A stretch of DNA of 64,000 bases from contig CAMMAC010000002.1 in the NCBI GenBank assembly GCA_946493085.1, forward strand, positions 19,479-83,478, given 5' to 3'. Within the stretch, counting starts at the first letter, position 1, and every line of letters starts with the position of its first letter. Positions 28,436 through 39,152 of this stretch are shown piece by piece. Made by a program: the position numbers and the translations under genes. The notes below the pieces were generated by a model. It was not told the DNA's origin, ran no database searches, and saw nothing but the letters and a program-made list of their open reading frames with translations. This DNA comes from an uncultured Clostridiaceae bacterium (GTDB lineage Bacteria > Bacillota > Clostridia > TANB77 > CAG-508).

Positions 28436-29080
28436 ATGGAGATAGAAAAGGCAAAAGGAATGATAGAAGCAATTTTATTTGCTTGTGGAAGAGAAGTAAA
28501 TATAAAGGAACTCATGTCTGCATTAGAGTTAGGAAGCGAAGATGTCATTAGCATTTTAGAAAGTATGAGGGAAGAATATAAAAAGGATAATAGAGGATTA
28601 GAACTCATTCGTCTGGCAGATAGTTATCAATTAGTAACGAAAAAAGAATACGTAGAATATGTGTATCCTATTATCGATAAAAGAAGTAAGCCAAACTTAT
28701 CTACAGCAGCACTAGAGACGCTTGCGATTATTGCCTATAATCCTAAAATTACTAGGTCAGAAATAGAGGCAATTCGTGGAGTAGGTTCAGATGGAACTAT
28801 CTATAAGTTGTTAGAATATAACTTAATAGAAAGTGTAGGAAAATTAGATGCTCCAGGCAAGCCAACCATGTATAGTGTAACATCGGAATTTATGCGTATG
28901 TTTGGTATAGAGAGTTTAGAAGAACTTCCAGAACTTCCTAGGTATAAATTAGATGAAAATCAACAAATTGTCATAGACGATTTAATACAAGAAGAGCAGA
29001 AAGAGGAAGAAACACAAGAAGATAATCCTGCGGAGGCTCCATCACCCGCAAGGGAGGGAGAAGGAGAAATAGAAAAATAA
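28436..29080 (+). CDS. scpB: Segregation and condensation protein B
   Basis: MIEAILFACGREV..., SKPNLSTAALETLAIIAYNPKITRSEIEAIRGV winged-helix motifs. Confidence 0.88.
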   Translation: MEIEKAKGMIEAILFACGREVNIKELMSALELGSEDVISILESMREEYKKDNRGLELIRLADSYQLVTKKEYVEYVYPIIDKRSKPNLSTAALETLAIIAYNPKITRSEIEAIRGVGSDGTIYKLLEYNLIESVGKLDAPGKPTMYSVTSEFMRMFGIESLEELPELPRYKLDENQQIVIDDLIQEEQKEEETQEDNPAEAPSPAREGEGEIEK

Positions 29081-29107
29081 ATTGTGTGATAGAGAGGAAG
29101 AAAAAAT

Positions 29108-30802
29108 ATGAGATTAAGTGAAACTTTTTTTTATACGTTAAGAGAAGATGCCAAAGATGAAGAATCGGCAAGTGGAAATCTGCTTGTAAAAAGTGGAATG
29201 TTCAAAAAAATAGGAAATGGTATTTATATGAAAATGCCATTAGGACAAAAAGTAGTAGAAAATGTGAAAAATATAGTAAGAAAACATATGAATGAGGCTG
29301 GTGCACAAGAAGTGACAATGCCATTACTTCTTCCAATAGAAGCATTTGAAAAATCAGGAAGATATAGTGCTTTTGGTCCATCTATTTTTCAGCTAAGAGA
29401 TAGATATAATAGACCATATGTATTGGGTCCGACCCATGAAGAATTTTTTGTACTAGCAGCGATGATGAAAGCAAAATCCTATAAAGATTTTCCTTATACG
29501 CTATATCAAATTGGAAATAAATATAGAGATGAAATAAGACCTAGATTAGGACTAATTAGAACAAGAGAATTTACGATGAAAGATGCCTATAGTTTTGATG
29601 TAGACCAAGAAGCATCCGATATTTCTTATCAAAAACAATATGAAGCCTATCATAGAATTTGCAAAGAAGTAGGTTTAAATTATGTAGTAGTAAAAGCAGA
29701 TACTGGTGTAATGGGAGGATTATTGTCAGAAGAATTTCAAGCGATAACAGATGTAGGAGAAGATATTTTGGTATTATGTGATCAGTGTGATTATGCATCT
29801 AATATAGAAGTAAGTAAGTGTGAGGAAGTAGAGCAAACAGAGAAAGAAGAGAAAAAGCAAATAGAAAAAGTACATACACCATCTGCAGGAACCATAGAAC
29901 AGGTAAGCGAGTTTTTACAAGAAAAGCCAGAAAAATTTGTAAAAACGTTAATTTATAAAGCGGACGACAAATTCTATGCTTGTTTAGTACCAGGAGATAG
30001 AGAAATTAACGAAGTGAAACTAACCAAGTTATTAGGAGCAGGCCAAGAAGTAACTTTAGCAGAAGAAGCAGATGTAGAAAGGATTACTAAGGCAAAAGTA
30101 GGATTTGCTGGACCAGTAGGTATTTCTATACCAGTTATCATGGATAAAAGTGTAGCACAAATGCAAAACTTTATCGTGGGAGCAAACGAAACAGATTATC
30201 ATTATAAAAATGTGAATGTAGAAGACTTTATAGTAGAACTCGTAGCAGATATTAAAAACATACGAGAAGGAGATGTATGTCCACATTGCCATAAAGGACA
30301 TGTCTATTTCAAAAAAGGAATAGAAGTAGGAAATACCTTCAAGCTAGGAACAAAATACTCGGATAGTCTAGGGCTAAACTATTCAGATGAAAATAATGAA
30401 TTAAAGCCAGTAGTGATGGGATGTTATGGAATAGGAATAGAAAGAATGATTGCAGCAGTAGTAGAGCAAAATCATGATGAAAAAGGAATTATCTGGCCAA
30501 TGAATATAGCACCATATAAAGTAGCAATTGTGTTAATCAATCCTAAAGATGAAAAACAAAAAGAGGTAGCAGAACAGCTATATAAACAATTAAACGATTT
30601 AGGAATAGACACATTACTAGACGACAGAAACGAAAGACCTGGCGTAAAATTTAATGACATGGATTTAATAGGAATACCAGTTAGAATTACAGTAGGAAAA
30701 AAAGTAGAACAAAATCAAGTAGAAATTAAAAAGAGAACGGAAGAACAATCCAAAGATGTAGATATACAAGAAATTGCAAATTGGGCACATTCTATAAGAT
30801 AA
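29108..30802 (+). CDS. proS: Prolyl-tRNA synthetase (bacterial type with editing insertion)
   Basis: 564 aa. RPRLGLIRTREFTMKDAYSF (motif 2), GCYGIGIERMIAAVVEQ (motif 3). Confidence 0.93.
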   Translation: MRLSETFFYTLREDAKDEESASGNLLVKSGMFKKIGNGIYMKMPLGQKVVENVKNIVRKHMNEAGAQEVTMPLLLPIEAFEKSGRYSAFGPSIFQLRDRYNRPYVLGPTHEEFFVLAAMMKAKSYKDFPYTLYQIGNKYRDEIRPRLGLIRTREFTMKDAYSFDVDQEASDISYQKQYEAYHRICKEVGLNYVVVKADTGVMGGLLSEEFQAITDVGEDILVLCDQCDYASNIEVSKCEEVEQTEKEEKKQIEKVHTPSAGTIEQVSEFLQEKPEKFVKTLIYKADDKFYACLVPGDREINEVKLTKLLGAGQEVTLAEEADVERITKAKVGFAGPVGISIPVIMDKSVAQMQNFIVGANETDYHYKNVNVEDFIVELVADIKNIREGDVCPHCHKGHVYFKKGIEVGNTFKLGTKYSDSLGLNYSDENNELKPVVMGCYGIGIERMIAAVVEQNHDEKGIIWPMNIAPYKVAIVLINPKDEKQKEVAEQLYKQLNDLGIDTLLDDRNERPGVKFNDMDLIGIPVRITVGKKVEQNQVEIKKRTEEQSKDVDIQEIANWAHSIR

Positions 30803-30816
30803 AAAATAGCAAAAAA

Positions 30817-30849
30817 AAGCTAGAAATTTTTAAAACTTCTAGCTTTTTT
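30817..30849. terminator. Bidirectional terminator between proS and the DUF4364 gene
   Basis: gctagaa / ttctagc stem flanked by A-run and T-run. Confidence 0.65.
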
Positions 30850-31403
30850 CTTGTGTTAAAATACTCAAAATTTCTGGATACATTTCTTCCGCATGTTTTT
30901 TCCAGTTGTCTACAATTTCTTTTGCTTGTTCCCCAGAACCAGCAAAAGTTTTTACTTCAAAAACAACGTCGTTGTGGTCGATAATTTTGCAAGTAACCAT
31001 GTAATCATTTTCGCTACGTGGAATATATTCTGCAATAACAGAATGTTCATTTTCAAAAGTTTCTAATTCATTTTTAAAATTACTATCTACTCTCAACTTT
31101 ATAATGCCTGGAAGAATATCTTGTGTTAATTCTAAAGTTTCCTTTCCAAACCCGAGTAATTTCATAAAAACTGTGGTCATCTTTATAATAATTCATAATA
31201 TAGCCATTTTCTAATAAATCTAATAAAAATTGTTGAAAATAAAAATAATTCATATCTGTTACAGCAAGTACTAAATTAAGTAAAGAATCATTAGAAATAG
31301 GCTTTCCCACCTTATTTAATAAATATAAAATAAGAACTTTATTTTCTGCTAGTGTTTCATTATCTGAAGTTAATTTCAATGTTATCACTCCCATTTTTAT
31401 CAT
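30839..31403 (-). CDS. DUF4364-family protein; needs +1 shift at CGG (31154..31152); start uncertain (31403/31394/31379)
   Basis: Upstream frame reads ...LAENKVLILYLLNKVGKPISN...HSFYEIT, then CGG. Skipping the C joins GFGKETLELTQDILPGIIKLRVD... (ORF 30839..31180 frame). Confidence 0.6.
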
Positions 31404-31518
31404 GCTGAAAGTATTATACCACACTTTTCGAGAAAATACTACCCCATAAGGTAGCATATTTTTTTTGACTATGATATAATCTAAATGAAAAGGATTAGAA
31501 TATGGGGAAAGAAGTAAT

Positions 31519-32217
31519 ATGGCTAATTATTATGAAATTTTAGAAGTAAGCGAAAAAGCTTCTAAAGAAGTAATTGAAAAAGCATATAGAGTGCTTGCTA
31601 AAAAATATCATCCAGATGGAAAACCGCAAGAAGAAAAAGCAAAAGCAGAGCAGAGGATGAAGCAAATTAATGAGGCTTATGATGTTTTGTCAAATGAAGA
31701 AAAAAGAAGAAAGTATGATAGTGACCTGCAGTGGCAAAAGCAGCAAGAAGAGGATAGAAAGACACAGGAAGCACAAAGAAAGATGCAGGAAACTTATGAG
31801 CAAATGTTACAAGAGGAAAGAGCTATCAATAGACAGAATAGAGAAGAGAAAAACCAAAGAGCAGAGCAGAACAAATCCTATGCTACCAATGAAAATTCTA
31901 AAATGGAGAGTGCAAAAGCAATTAACGAGAAAATGCAAAGAGCTTACAGACAAGCCTACAATGATTATTGGAGAAGCAAGGGGTACAAAATAAAAGAAAA
32001 GTGGACATGGAAAAAAACGAAAGATTTACTAAAAGCCTTAGGAATTATTTTACTCATTATCTTGTTTTTATGGTTTTTTCCACCTACACATCAGATGTTA
32101 GTTTCTTTTTATGAAGATAATTTTATTGTAAAGGCAATTGTAGATGTTATAGTAAATATTGTAAAAGGAATTGGAACAGGTATTTATGAGTTTATCTTAA
32201 AAATATTTGGAAATTAG
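31519..32217 (+). CDS. J-domain (DnaJ-like) membrane protein
   Basis: [31 protein letters not shown] (HPD motif). C-terminal [16 protein letters not shown]. Confidence 0.8.
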   Translation: MANYYEILEVSEKASKEVIEKAYRVLAKKYHPDGKPQEEKAKAEQRMKQINEAYDVLSNEEKRRKYDSDLQWQKQQEEDRKTQEAQRKMQETYEQMLQEERAINRQNREEKNQRAEQNKSYATNENSKMESAKAINEKMQRAYRQAYNDYWRSKGYKIKEKWTWKKTKDLLKALGIILLIILFLWFFPPTHQMLVSFYEDNFIVKAIVDVIVNIVKGIGTGIYEFILKIFGN

Positions 32218-32336
32218 AAAAATCAAGTATAGCAAAAGAGAAAAAAGTTCATAATGAACTTAAGGAATGTACAGATTACACATGGGAAAAGTTTCTTTTC
32301 CTGTTGTAAAATAAATAAAAAAGGAGTGTGCAAAAG

Positions 32337-33413
32337 ATGGACAGAAAAGTGAAAGTGGTACAATATGGTACTGGAAAAATGTCAGTTTATACCATGCGTT
32401 ATGTGTATGAAAAAGGAGGAGAAATTGTAGGCGCAGTAGATGTAAATCCAGAAGTAGTAGGAAAAGACATCTCAAGTGTTATGGGAGGAGACCCTAAAGG
32501 AGTTACCATTACAGCTGCAGATAAAGCAGAGGAAATGCTAAAACAAGTGAAACCAGATATTGTGATAGTAACAACCATGAGTTTAATAAAAGATGTAGAA
32601 GATGCTTTAATGCTTTGTGCAAAGCTTGGTATTAATGCAATTACAACTTGTGAAGAAGCTTTCTTCCCAGCAAATTCTAATCCTGCTATTACACATAAAT
32701 TAGATGAGCTTGCTAAACAAAATGGATGCACGATTACAGGAAGCGGCTATCAAGATATTTATTGGGGAGAATTAATTTCTGCGATTGCAGGTTCTACACA
32801 TAAAATTACTAAAATCAAAGGAAGTTCTAGCTATAATGTAGAAGACTATGGAATTGCACTTGCCAATGCCCATGGTGCAGGACTTACATTAGAGGAATTT
32901 GATAAGCAAGTGGCTTCTGTAGATAAAATTAGTGACGCAGAAAGACAAGCCATTATTAATAAAGGAGAATATTTACCATCTTATATGTGGAATGTAAATG
33001 GTTGGTTATGTTCTAAACTTGGCTTAACAGTAGAATCTCAAACACAAAAAACAGTTCCACAAACTTATAAAGAAGATATTTACTCTAGCACATTAGGAAT
33101 GACTGTAAAAGCAGGTGATGCTACTGGTATGAGTGCAGTGGTTACTACAACAACCAAAGAGGGTATTACTATTGAAAGTGAATGCATAGGAAAAGTGTAT
33201 TCTAAAGAGGATTATGATAAAAATGAATGGACCATAGAAGGAGAGCCAAATACTACTATTGTAGTAGCTAGACCATCTACAGTAGAATTAACTTGTGCAA
33301 CAATAGTAAATCGTATTCCTGATGTAATCAATGGTGTAGCAGGATATGTATCTACAGATAAATTAGACGAATTAAAATATAGAACGAAACCTTTAAATGA
33401 ATATGTAAAATAA
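32337..33413 (+). CDS. NAD(P)-dependent amine dehydrogenase family (DapB-like N-terminus), possibly 2,4-diaminopentanoate dehydrogenase
   Basis: VKVVQYGTGKMS Rossmann start. Length about 358 aa. Family call from memory of Ord-like proteins. Confidence 0.5.
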   Translation: MDRKVKVVQYGTGKMSVYTMRYVYEKGGEIVGAVDVNPEVVGKDISSVMGGDPKGVTITAADKAEEMLKQVKPDIVIVTTMSLIKDVEDALMLCAKLGINAITTCEEAFFPANSNPAITHKLDELAKQNGCTITGSGYQDIYWGELISAIAGSTHKITKIKGSSSYNVEDYGIALANAHGAGLTLEEFDKQVASVDKISDAERQAIINKGEYLPSYMWNVNGWLCSKLGLTVESQTQKTVPQTYKEDIYSSTLGMTVKAGDATGMSAVVTTTTKEGITIESECIGKVYSKEDYDKNEWTIEGEPNTTIVVARPSTVELTCATIVNRIPDVINGVAGYVSTDKLDELKYRTKPLNEYVK

Positions 33414-33953
33414 CCTTGCCTTATATAGTAAAGAAAAAACCAGCAACTCTTTAATCAAAGAAAAGCTGGCTTTTTCTTATGCCTTCACGAAAGTAAAAGC
33501 AATTACCGTACAAACTGCCTTAAGAAAAGCAGTAAGGGGTAGAAAGCAGGGAATAAAGTGCGGATAAAATGGGAACGCCTTTATCATAAAGCATGCCATC
33601 CCAATACATGCGCTCTTCTGGTGTTGCCAAATGGATGCAGTAATGCAATCCCATTCGGCCTACAAAATTCCGAGCTTCCCAAAAACGATGTTGAAACATA
33701 GGCATTTACCTCCTTTGTAGAATATGTCCATTATATATAAATTCCTAAAAAATGGCAACAAAAAAGTTTTGACAAATAATGACAAAAAAACAAAGAAATA
33801 CACAAAAATGGCAATAAATTGTGATAAAAAAAGGAAAATAAAGGAATAAAAATGAATAAAAGGTAGAAAATATTTATTCTATAACAAATCAATTGAAAAA
33901 GGAAAAAAATTATGTTATGATAACTAAAACAGAAAATAGGGAGGAAGTAAAGC

Positions 33954-34616
33954 ATGAGGATACGTTTTAAGCCGTGGGCAAGAGGAGAATTAGAGGCAAG
34001 TCCATTTTATGTAGATAATCCACAAGATTATAAAAATAAGTGGAAAAGTATGTATAAAAATGCAGACAAATCATTTTATCTAGAATTAGGTTGTGGAAAA
34101 GGTGGTTTTATTTCACAAATGGCATTACTTCATCCAGAGATAAATTTTTTAGCCATTGATATGGTGGATGCTATGTTAGGTCTTGCCAAGAGAAAGATAG
34201 AAGAAGCATATGGGCAAGCAGAGAAAGAAGTAGATAATGTGATATTAACACGTTACGACATTGAGAGAATTGATGGAATATTGGGAGAAGAGGACAAGGT
34301 AGAAAGAATATATATTAACTTTTGTAATCCGTGGCCACGAGGAAAACATCATAAAAAAAGATTAACACATCCGAAGCAATTAGAAAAATATAGAGATTTT
34401 CTAGTAGAAGAGGGAGAAATTTATTTTAAAACAGATGATACGAATTTATTTGAGAACAGTGTGTCCTATTTTCAACAAGCAGGCTTTGCTATTATAAAGC
34501 AAACAGAAAACTTAGTAGAAGAAAAGGATTTTTGGGAAAATATACAAACAGAACATGAAAGGATGTTTATGGAGCAAGGAATTACTATTAAAGCAATTAT
34601 TGCAAAAAAAGTGTAA
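33954..34616 (+). CDS. trmB: tRNA (guanine-N7)-methyltransferase
   Basis: MRIRFKPWA..., LELGCGKGGF SAM motif, NFCNPWP. Confidence 0.88.
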   Translation: MRIRFKPWARGELEASPFYVDNPQDYKNKWKSMYKNADKSFYLELGCGKGGFISQMALLHPEINFLAIDMVDAMLGLAKRKIEEAYGQAEKEVDNVILTRYDIERIDGILGEEDKVERIYINFCNPWPRGKHHKKRLTHPKQLEKYRDFLVEEGEIYFKTDDTNLFENSVSYFQQAGFAIIKQTENLVEEKDFWENIQTEHERMFMEQGITIKAIIAKKV

Positions 34617-34623
34617 AAAAGAT

Positions 34624-34660
34624 CCCCTTAAAGAATGTACTTTAAGGGGAATATTTTTTT
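34624..34660. terminator. Bidirectional terminator (trmB / amylase)
   Basis: ccccttaaag / ctttaagggg stem plus a T-run. Confidence 0.7.
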
Positions 34661-36146
34661 ATTTGGTATAAATATTATTTTGTTTTACCCAAACTGAAAC
34701 ACTACCACCGTTTGTATAGAAAATTCCGTTACCTTCTTGGTCTATATAGACAGGCTCTTTTACATTACCTGTAAAATCATATAACACGTGGTTAGCAAGT
34801 CGTTTTCCTACATTCATCAATTTAGAACCACCAGGACCATCAGATAAGATAACAGCCATACCAGAATCTGGATGGTCATAATCACCTTCACGTACCCAAC
34901 CGATAATATTAGAATGGTCAAAATAATCTGTTTGATCTCCATAAGCGAAATATTTTCTTGCAAGAACCAATTTTTCTAGTATTGATTTCATAGGAGAAAT
35001 GTTCTTTTCTGGAATACCATAATAATCTCCGTAAAATAGGCAAGGTGTGCCGGCATCACGTAAAAGAATGATAGAATAAGCTAATGGTTTAAACCAAGGT
35101 TGTACCCAAGATTCTAAGGCTTGTCCTGGTTCAGTGTCGTGATTGTCTACAAAGGTAATAGCTTTTTCTGAATTGGATTTTACTAAAGTACCATCTAAAA
35201 TTGTTCTCATATCATAATGTCCACCACTGTTAGAAGCATTGAAAAAGTTGTAATGAAGTGGAACATCAAATAGTGAAATAGCATTTTTGGTTTCTTTTAA
35301 AAATTGTTTTAAAGATTCTAGGTTAGCACTCCAATATTCTCCAACAGAGAACAGTTTTTTTCCAGTATCTTCACGAAGTGTATCCAAAAATTCTTTAAAG
35401 AAAGAGGCACGAATATGCTTTACCGCATCTAAACGAAAACCATCTACATGAGTTTTGTCTAAATACCATTTTGCCCAGGAAAGAAGTTCATTTACCACAT
35501 CTACATTATTTAAGTCTACATCTGCACCCATTAGATAATCAAAGTTTCCATTTTCTTTGTCTACTTGCTCGTCCCAATGTTTTCCATAAAAAAGATAAAT
35601 AGATTTCTTCTGTGTTAATTCATCCCAATCTACACCATGAAAATGTGTCCAATTCCATTTAAAAGAGGAGTATACATTATTTCTACCCGGAAAATTGTAC
35701 TTTGTCCATGCACGGATAGTTCTAGGTTCGCTAATACCTTGCGTACGGTTTAAAGGATCATCTTCAATGGCAATGACATCTTCTAAATCATCGGCACCTA
35801 AACGGTGATTTAAAACAATATCTGCTAATACTTCAATTCCATTTCCTTGCAAAGCTTTAATAGCCTGTATATATTCTTCTTTTGTACCATATTTCGTGCG
35901 AATATCACCTTTTTGAGGAAATTCTCCTAAATCATATAAGTCATAAACACCATAACCAGCATCCTGAACACCGGCACTTCCTTTATAGGCAGGTGGCAAC
36001 CAAACGGTACTAATACCAATAGAAGATAGATAAGAAGAATCAGAGATTACTTTATTCCATAGATTATTTTCTGGTTTTAAGTACCATTCAAAATACTGCA
36101 TCATGGTTGGATTTATTTTTTTCAAAAAATTCACCTTCATTTCCAA
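34659..36146 (-). CDS. Alpha-amylase, GH13 (no signal peptide; start uncertain)
   Basis: MMQYFEWY, DIVLNHR, GFRLDAVKHI, VGEYW, FVDNHD conserved GH13 regions. Confidence 0.9.
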   Translation of the reverse strand: MEMKVNFLKKINPTMMQYFEWYLKPENNLWNKVISDSSYLSSIGISTVWLPPAYKGSAGVQDAGYGVYDLYDLGEFPQKGDIRTKYGTKEEYIQAIKALQGNGIEVLADIVLNHRLGADDLEDVIAIEDDPLNRTQGISEPRTIRAWTKYNFPGRNNVYSSFKWNWTHFHGVDWDELTQKKSIYLFYGKHWDEQVDKENGNFDYLMGADVDLNNVDVVNELLSWAKWYLDKTHVDGFRLDAVKHIRASFFKEFLDTLREDTGKKLFSVGEYWSANLESLKQFLKETKNAISLFDVPLHYNFFNASNSGGHYDMRTILDGTLVKSNSEKAITFVDNHDTEPGQALESWVQPWFKPLAYSIILLRDAGTPCLFYGDYYGIPEKNISPMKSILEKLVLARKYFAYGDQTDYFDHSNIIGWVREGDYDHPDSGMAVILSDGPGGSKLMNVGKRLANHVLYDFTGNVKEPVYIDQEGNGIFYTNGGSVSVWVKQNNIYTK

Positions 36147-36265
36147 TTTTGTCTGAAGCTATTATATACTATTTTTACTTAACTAGCAATGATATGGAAG
36201 AAAAATTAAGAAACGAATAAAACTTCTTTTTTCGGTAAAGATAAAGGATAAAAGGAGGCAATCTT

Positions 36266-37273
36266 ATGTTTATACCAACAGAAATTTTTTATGAAAAAGA
36301 AATAGAAAATTATCCACTAGGTAAGGAATTGATAAAGAAATATCGAGAAAAAAATGTGCCATGTACTATTATAGAAAATCATAACGCAATAGAAGTAATG
36401 AGAAAAAAAGAAAATAAAGAATTCCCAAAAATGAAGCAGAACTTGATTATTGGTGTTAGAAAAACGCATCGTTTTGTTCCAAACCACAAGATATCTGACT
36501 TTTTAGTACCTTATACCTCTTCTGGCTGTATTGCTATGTGTTTATATTGTTATTTAGTTTGCAACTATAATAAGTGCGCTTACCTTCGCTTATTTGTGAA
36601 TAGAGAGCAGATGCTAGATAAAATTATTCGTGTGGCAAATGATTCAGAAAAGCCTTTAACATTTGAAATTGGTAGCAATAGCGATTTGATTTTAGAAAAT
36701 ACTATTACAGGCAATTTGGAGTGGACCATTGAAAATTTTGCACAAAAAGCAGAGAAAGGATTGCTTACATTTCCTACAAAATTTGATAGAGTAGAACCAC
36801 TTCTTTCTTTAGAACATAAAGGAAAAACAATTGTAAGAATGAGTGTGAATCCACAAGAGATAATATCTCAAATTGAGATAGGAACATCACCTTTAAAAAA
36901 TAGAGTGGAAGCAGCAAATCGTTTAAAAGAGGCAGGGTATCCAGTAGGAATACTGATTGCACCAGTTATTTTAGTAGAAAATTGGAAAAAATTATATGCA
37001 GAATTAATCCAATATTTAGCTGTAAATTTGAATGAAAAAATACAAAAAGAAGCAGTTTTTGAAATTATTTTTATGACCTACAGCTATATTCATGAAGCAA
37101 TTAATACAGAAGCTTTCCCGAATAAACCTTCCTTATATAATAAAGAAAAAATGACAGTAAGAGGAAGGGGGAAGTATCGTTATAAGGAAGAGGAAAAGAG
37201 AGAAGCAGAAGCCTTTTTAAGAGAACAAATGCAAAAATATTTTCCAAATAATGAGATATTGTATATTGTGTAA
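36266..37273 (+). CDS. splB: Spore photoproduct lyase (radical SAM)
   Basis: CIAMCLYCYL (CxxxCxxC) and overall SplB-like length and organisation. Confidence 0.8.
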   Translation: MFIPTEIFYEKEIENYPLGKELIKKYREKNVPCTIIENHNAIEVMRKKENKEFPKMKQNLIIGVRKTHRFVPNHKISDFLVPYTSSGCIAMCLYCYLVCNYNKCAYLRLFVNREQMLDKIIRVANDSEKPLTFEIGSNSDLILENTITGNLEWTIENFAQKAEKGLLTFPTKFDRVEPLLSLEHKGKTIVRMSVNPQEIISQIEIGTSPLKNRVEAANRLKEAGYPVGILIAPVILVENWKKLYAELIQYLAVNLNEKIQKEAVFEIIFMTYSYIHEAINTEAFPNKPSLYNKEKMTVRGRGKYRYKEEEKREAEAFLREQMQKYFPNNEILYIV

Positions 37274-37280
37274 ATAAAAA

Positions 37281-37325
37281 AGAGTAAAGAACATAAAATA
37301 ATTGGTCCTTTACTCTTGCTTTTTT
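37281..37325. terminator. Bidirectional terminator (splB / XRE)
   Basis: agagtaaag / ctttactct stem. Confidence 0.65.
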
Positions 37326-37653
37326 AATCCTCTTTTCTAGCTACTACTTTAGCAATATCATAAATTAATTTTTGTTGTTCTGAAGAGCAGTCCTTTAAAA
37401 GAGAAGCAAATTCACTGTCTAAATATTGTGAAGATTTACTAGAAACACCGTTTAAAATTTCACCTGGGCTCACTTCTAATATTTCACAAATTTGTACAAG
37501 CCTTTTTAAATTTACTTGAGAGTTTCCTCTTTCTATTCTACTTAAAAAAGCAATAGAAACATCTAATTTTTCTGCCAATTCCTCTTGCGTCATTTTTTTA
37601 GCTTTTCTAGCTTTTTTTAGTCTTTGTCCAATAATGGTATAATCTAATGGCAT
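37324..37653 (-). CDS. XRE-family helix-turn-helix transcriptional regulator
   Basis: IGQRLKKARKAKKMTQEELAEKLDVSIAFLSRIERG. Confidence 0.85.
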   Translation of the reverse strand: MPLDYTIIGQRLKKARKAKKMTQEELAEKLDVSIAFLSRIERGNSQVNLKRLVQICEILEVSPGEILNGVSSKSSQYLDSEFASLLKDCSSEQQKLIYDIAKVVARKED

Positions 37654-38031
37654 AACCCATCATCCTTTCTAGCTCTAATTTCAACAAAAATATAGCATGA
37701 GGATTTTAAAAAAGACAGAAACAAAATAGTAAAAATCAATTAAATAGTTACGAATATTATGAATATTATTTACCAGAATGATAAAAATATGCAAAAAATA
37801 AAAAATTATAAGTTATATTTGTCGTAGTTCAAAAAATAAGATAGAAATGAACGATTTGGATTTTATGTAAATATATGATATAATATTGATAGATATTTAT
37901 TAGTTTGGTCTCGTGTAGATTTTACATCGTGTTTTCTCATCAAAAATAATTTTTGGAGACAGAACATTGAAAAGTGAATATTTATACAGACTAGATTAGA
38001 TATCTAAGTAACAGGTCTATAAAACAAACAG

Positions 38032-38949
38032 ATGGAGGAATGGAAAATGGAAAAAATGGACAACATGAGTAACTTTGCAACACAGCTAGCTGAAATCATC
38101 GACCAGCCAATTGGGCTGGATCACATCCATGCTGGAACTGGTAGGTTTTATTATATTCAACCTACCAAAAAAGGGGCACCGATGCTTCTCCACCATTACA
38201 GAGGAGTTTTCTTTGTAGACCTTCATCCAGAAGATCTTGCAGGTCTACAAAGTGGCGAGATTGATGCTGAAGAATATATCAAACATGCCAATTGGCAGGT
38301 TGGATATTACTGGGGTGGAGGTTCTATGATTGGAGGAGGCTTTTATCAGCCTTTGGATATCATAGGGAAAAACTATGAAGTAAGGAGATATTTAAAAGTC
38401 CTTGCTTGCCGAGGAGAGTATCTCTCTTCTGGATATATGCCTACACGGACCAAATGTGCAAGATGCTCAGTGGAAAGTTGCTCCTTTAGTCCTTATAGAG
38501 AGGGCTGTGGTGTGAGTGGAATAAGAGAAGAGGATCCAAGGAGGAATTTTTTTCAAACTTTGCTTCAGAGGTTTGAAGAGGAATTTCAGGACTATACTTT
38601 ACAGGGATTTCTATGTGGAGAAATTCCTGATGATGAACTTTATCTTCGGGCGAACTGGAGATGGAGAAAGGAAGATGAAGCTTCCTTTACGGTTTGTGCA
38701 TCAGAGAACATCATTAGAAGTTTGCTGATGCATGAAATTGTTCCTGAAAGCTGGGAAAGCTTTATAGATAATTTCAAATTTCGCGTTCTCCAAGATGGGG
38801 CATATAAACCGGCTACTCCAAAGGCAGTCGAAGAAGCTTTTAAAGCTTTAAATGCGACCACAGAGGAGGAAAAGAAAGCAGAAATACTCATGCCTCCCAA
38901 AAAAGTTTCATTCTTGGAAAAGGCTAAAAGTTTTTTATCTGGTCTGTAA
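38032..38949 (+). CDS. Hypothetical protein, compositionally atypical (GC-richer), probably horizontally acquired
   Basis: 305-aa ORF with no recognised motif. Cys cluster CARCSVESCSFSPYREGCG. Uses in-frame CGG twice (38447..38449 and 38647..38649) without frame loss. Confidence 0.55.
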   Translation: MEEWKMEKMDNMSNFATQLAEIIDQPIGLDHIHAGTGRFYYIQPTKKGAPMLLHHYRGVFFVDLHPEDLAGLQSGEIDAEEYIKHANWQVGYYWGGGSMIGGGFYQPLDIIGKNYEVRRYLKVLACRGEYLSSGYMPTRTKCARCSVESCSFSPYREGCGVSGIREEDPRRNFFQTLLQRFEEEFQDYTLQGFLCGEIPDDELYLRANWRWRKEDEASFTVCASENIIRSLLMHEIVPESWESFIDNFKFRVLQDGAYKPATPKAVEEAFKALNATTEEEKKAEILMPPKKVSFLEKAKSFLSGL

Positions 38950-38963
38950 GCTCATGGAAAAAA

Positions 38964-38995
38964 ACGGTGGTCTTTCATTGAAAGGCCACCGTTTT
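38964..38995 (+). terminator. Rho-independent terminator
   Basis: acggtggtcttt / aaaggccaccgt stem plus TTTT. Confidence 0.7.
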
Positions 38996-39152
38996 CAAGT
39001 AATTTAAAGAAATTGTAGAGACATTTTTTTTATTACAGGATAAATGTAATGAACTTTAAGGAACGTCCCCAAAGTTCATCATACTACTTGTATTTTTTGT
39101 AAGAAGGTGATAAAATACAGAAGAATACTAAGAAAAGAAAGGAGAAAAGTCT

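Noticed and set aside
38950-39152. T-box leaders upstream of metG and proS
   Set aside because: The metG upstream region holds only the terminator of the preceding gene, with no specifier-loop or T-box (..GGTGGTACCGCG-like) sequence. proS starts 27 nt after scpB.
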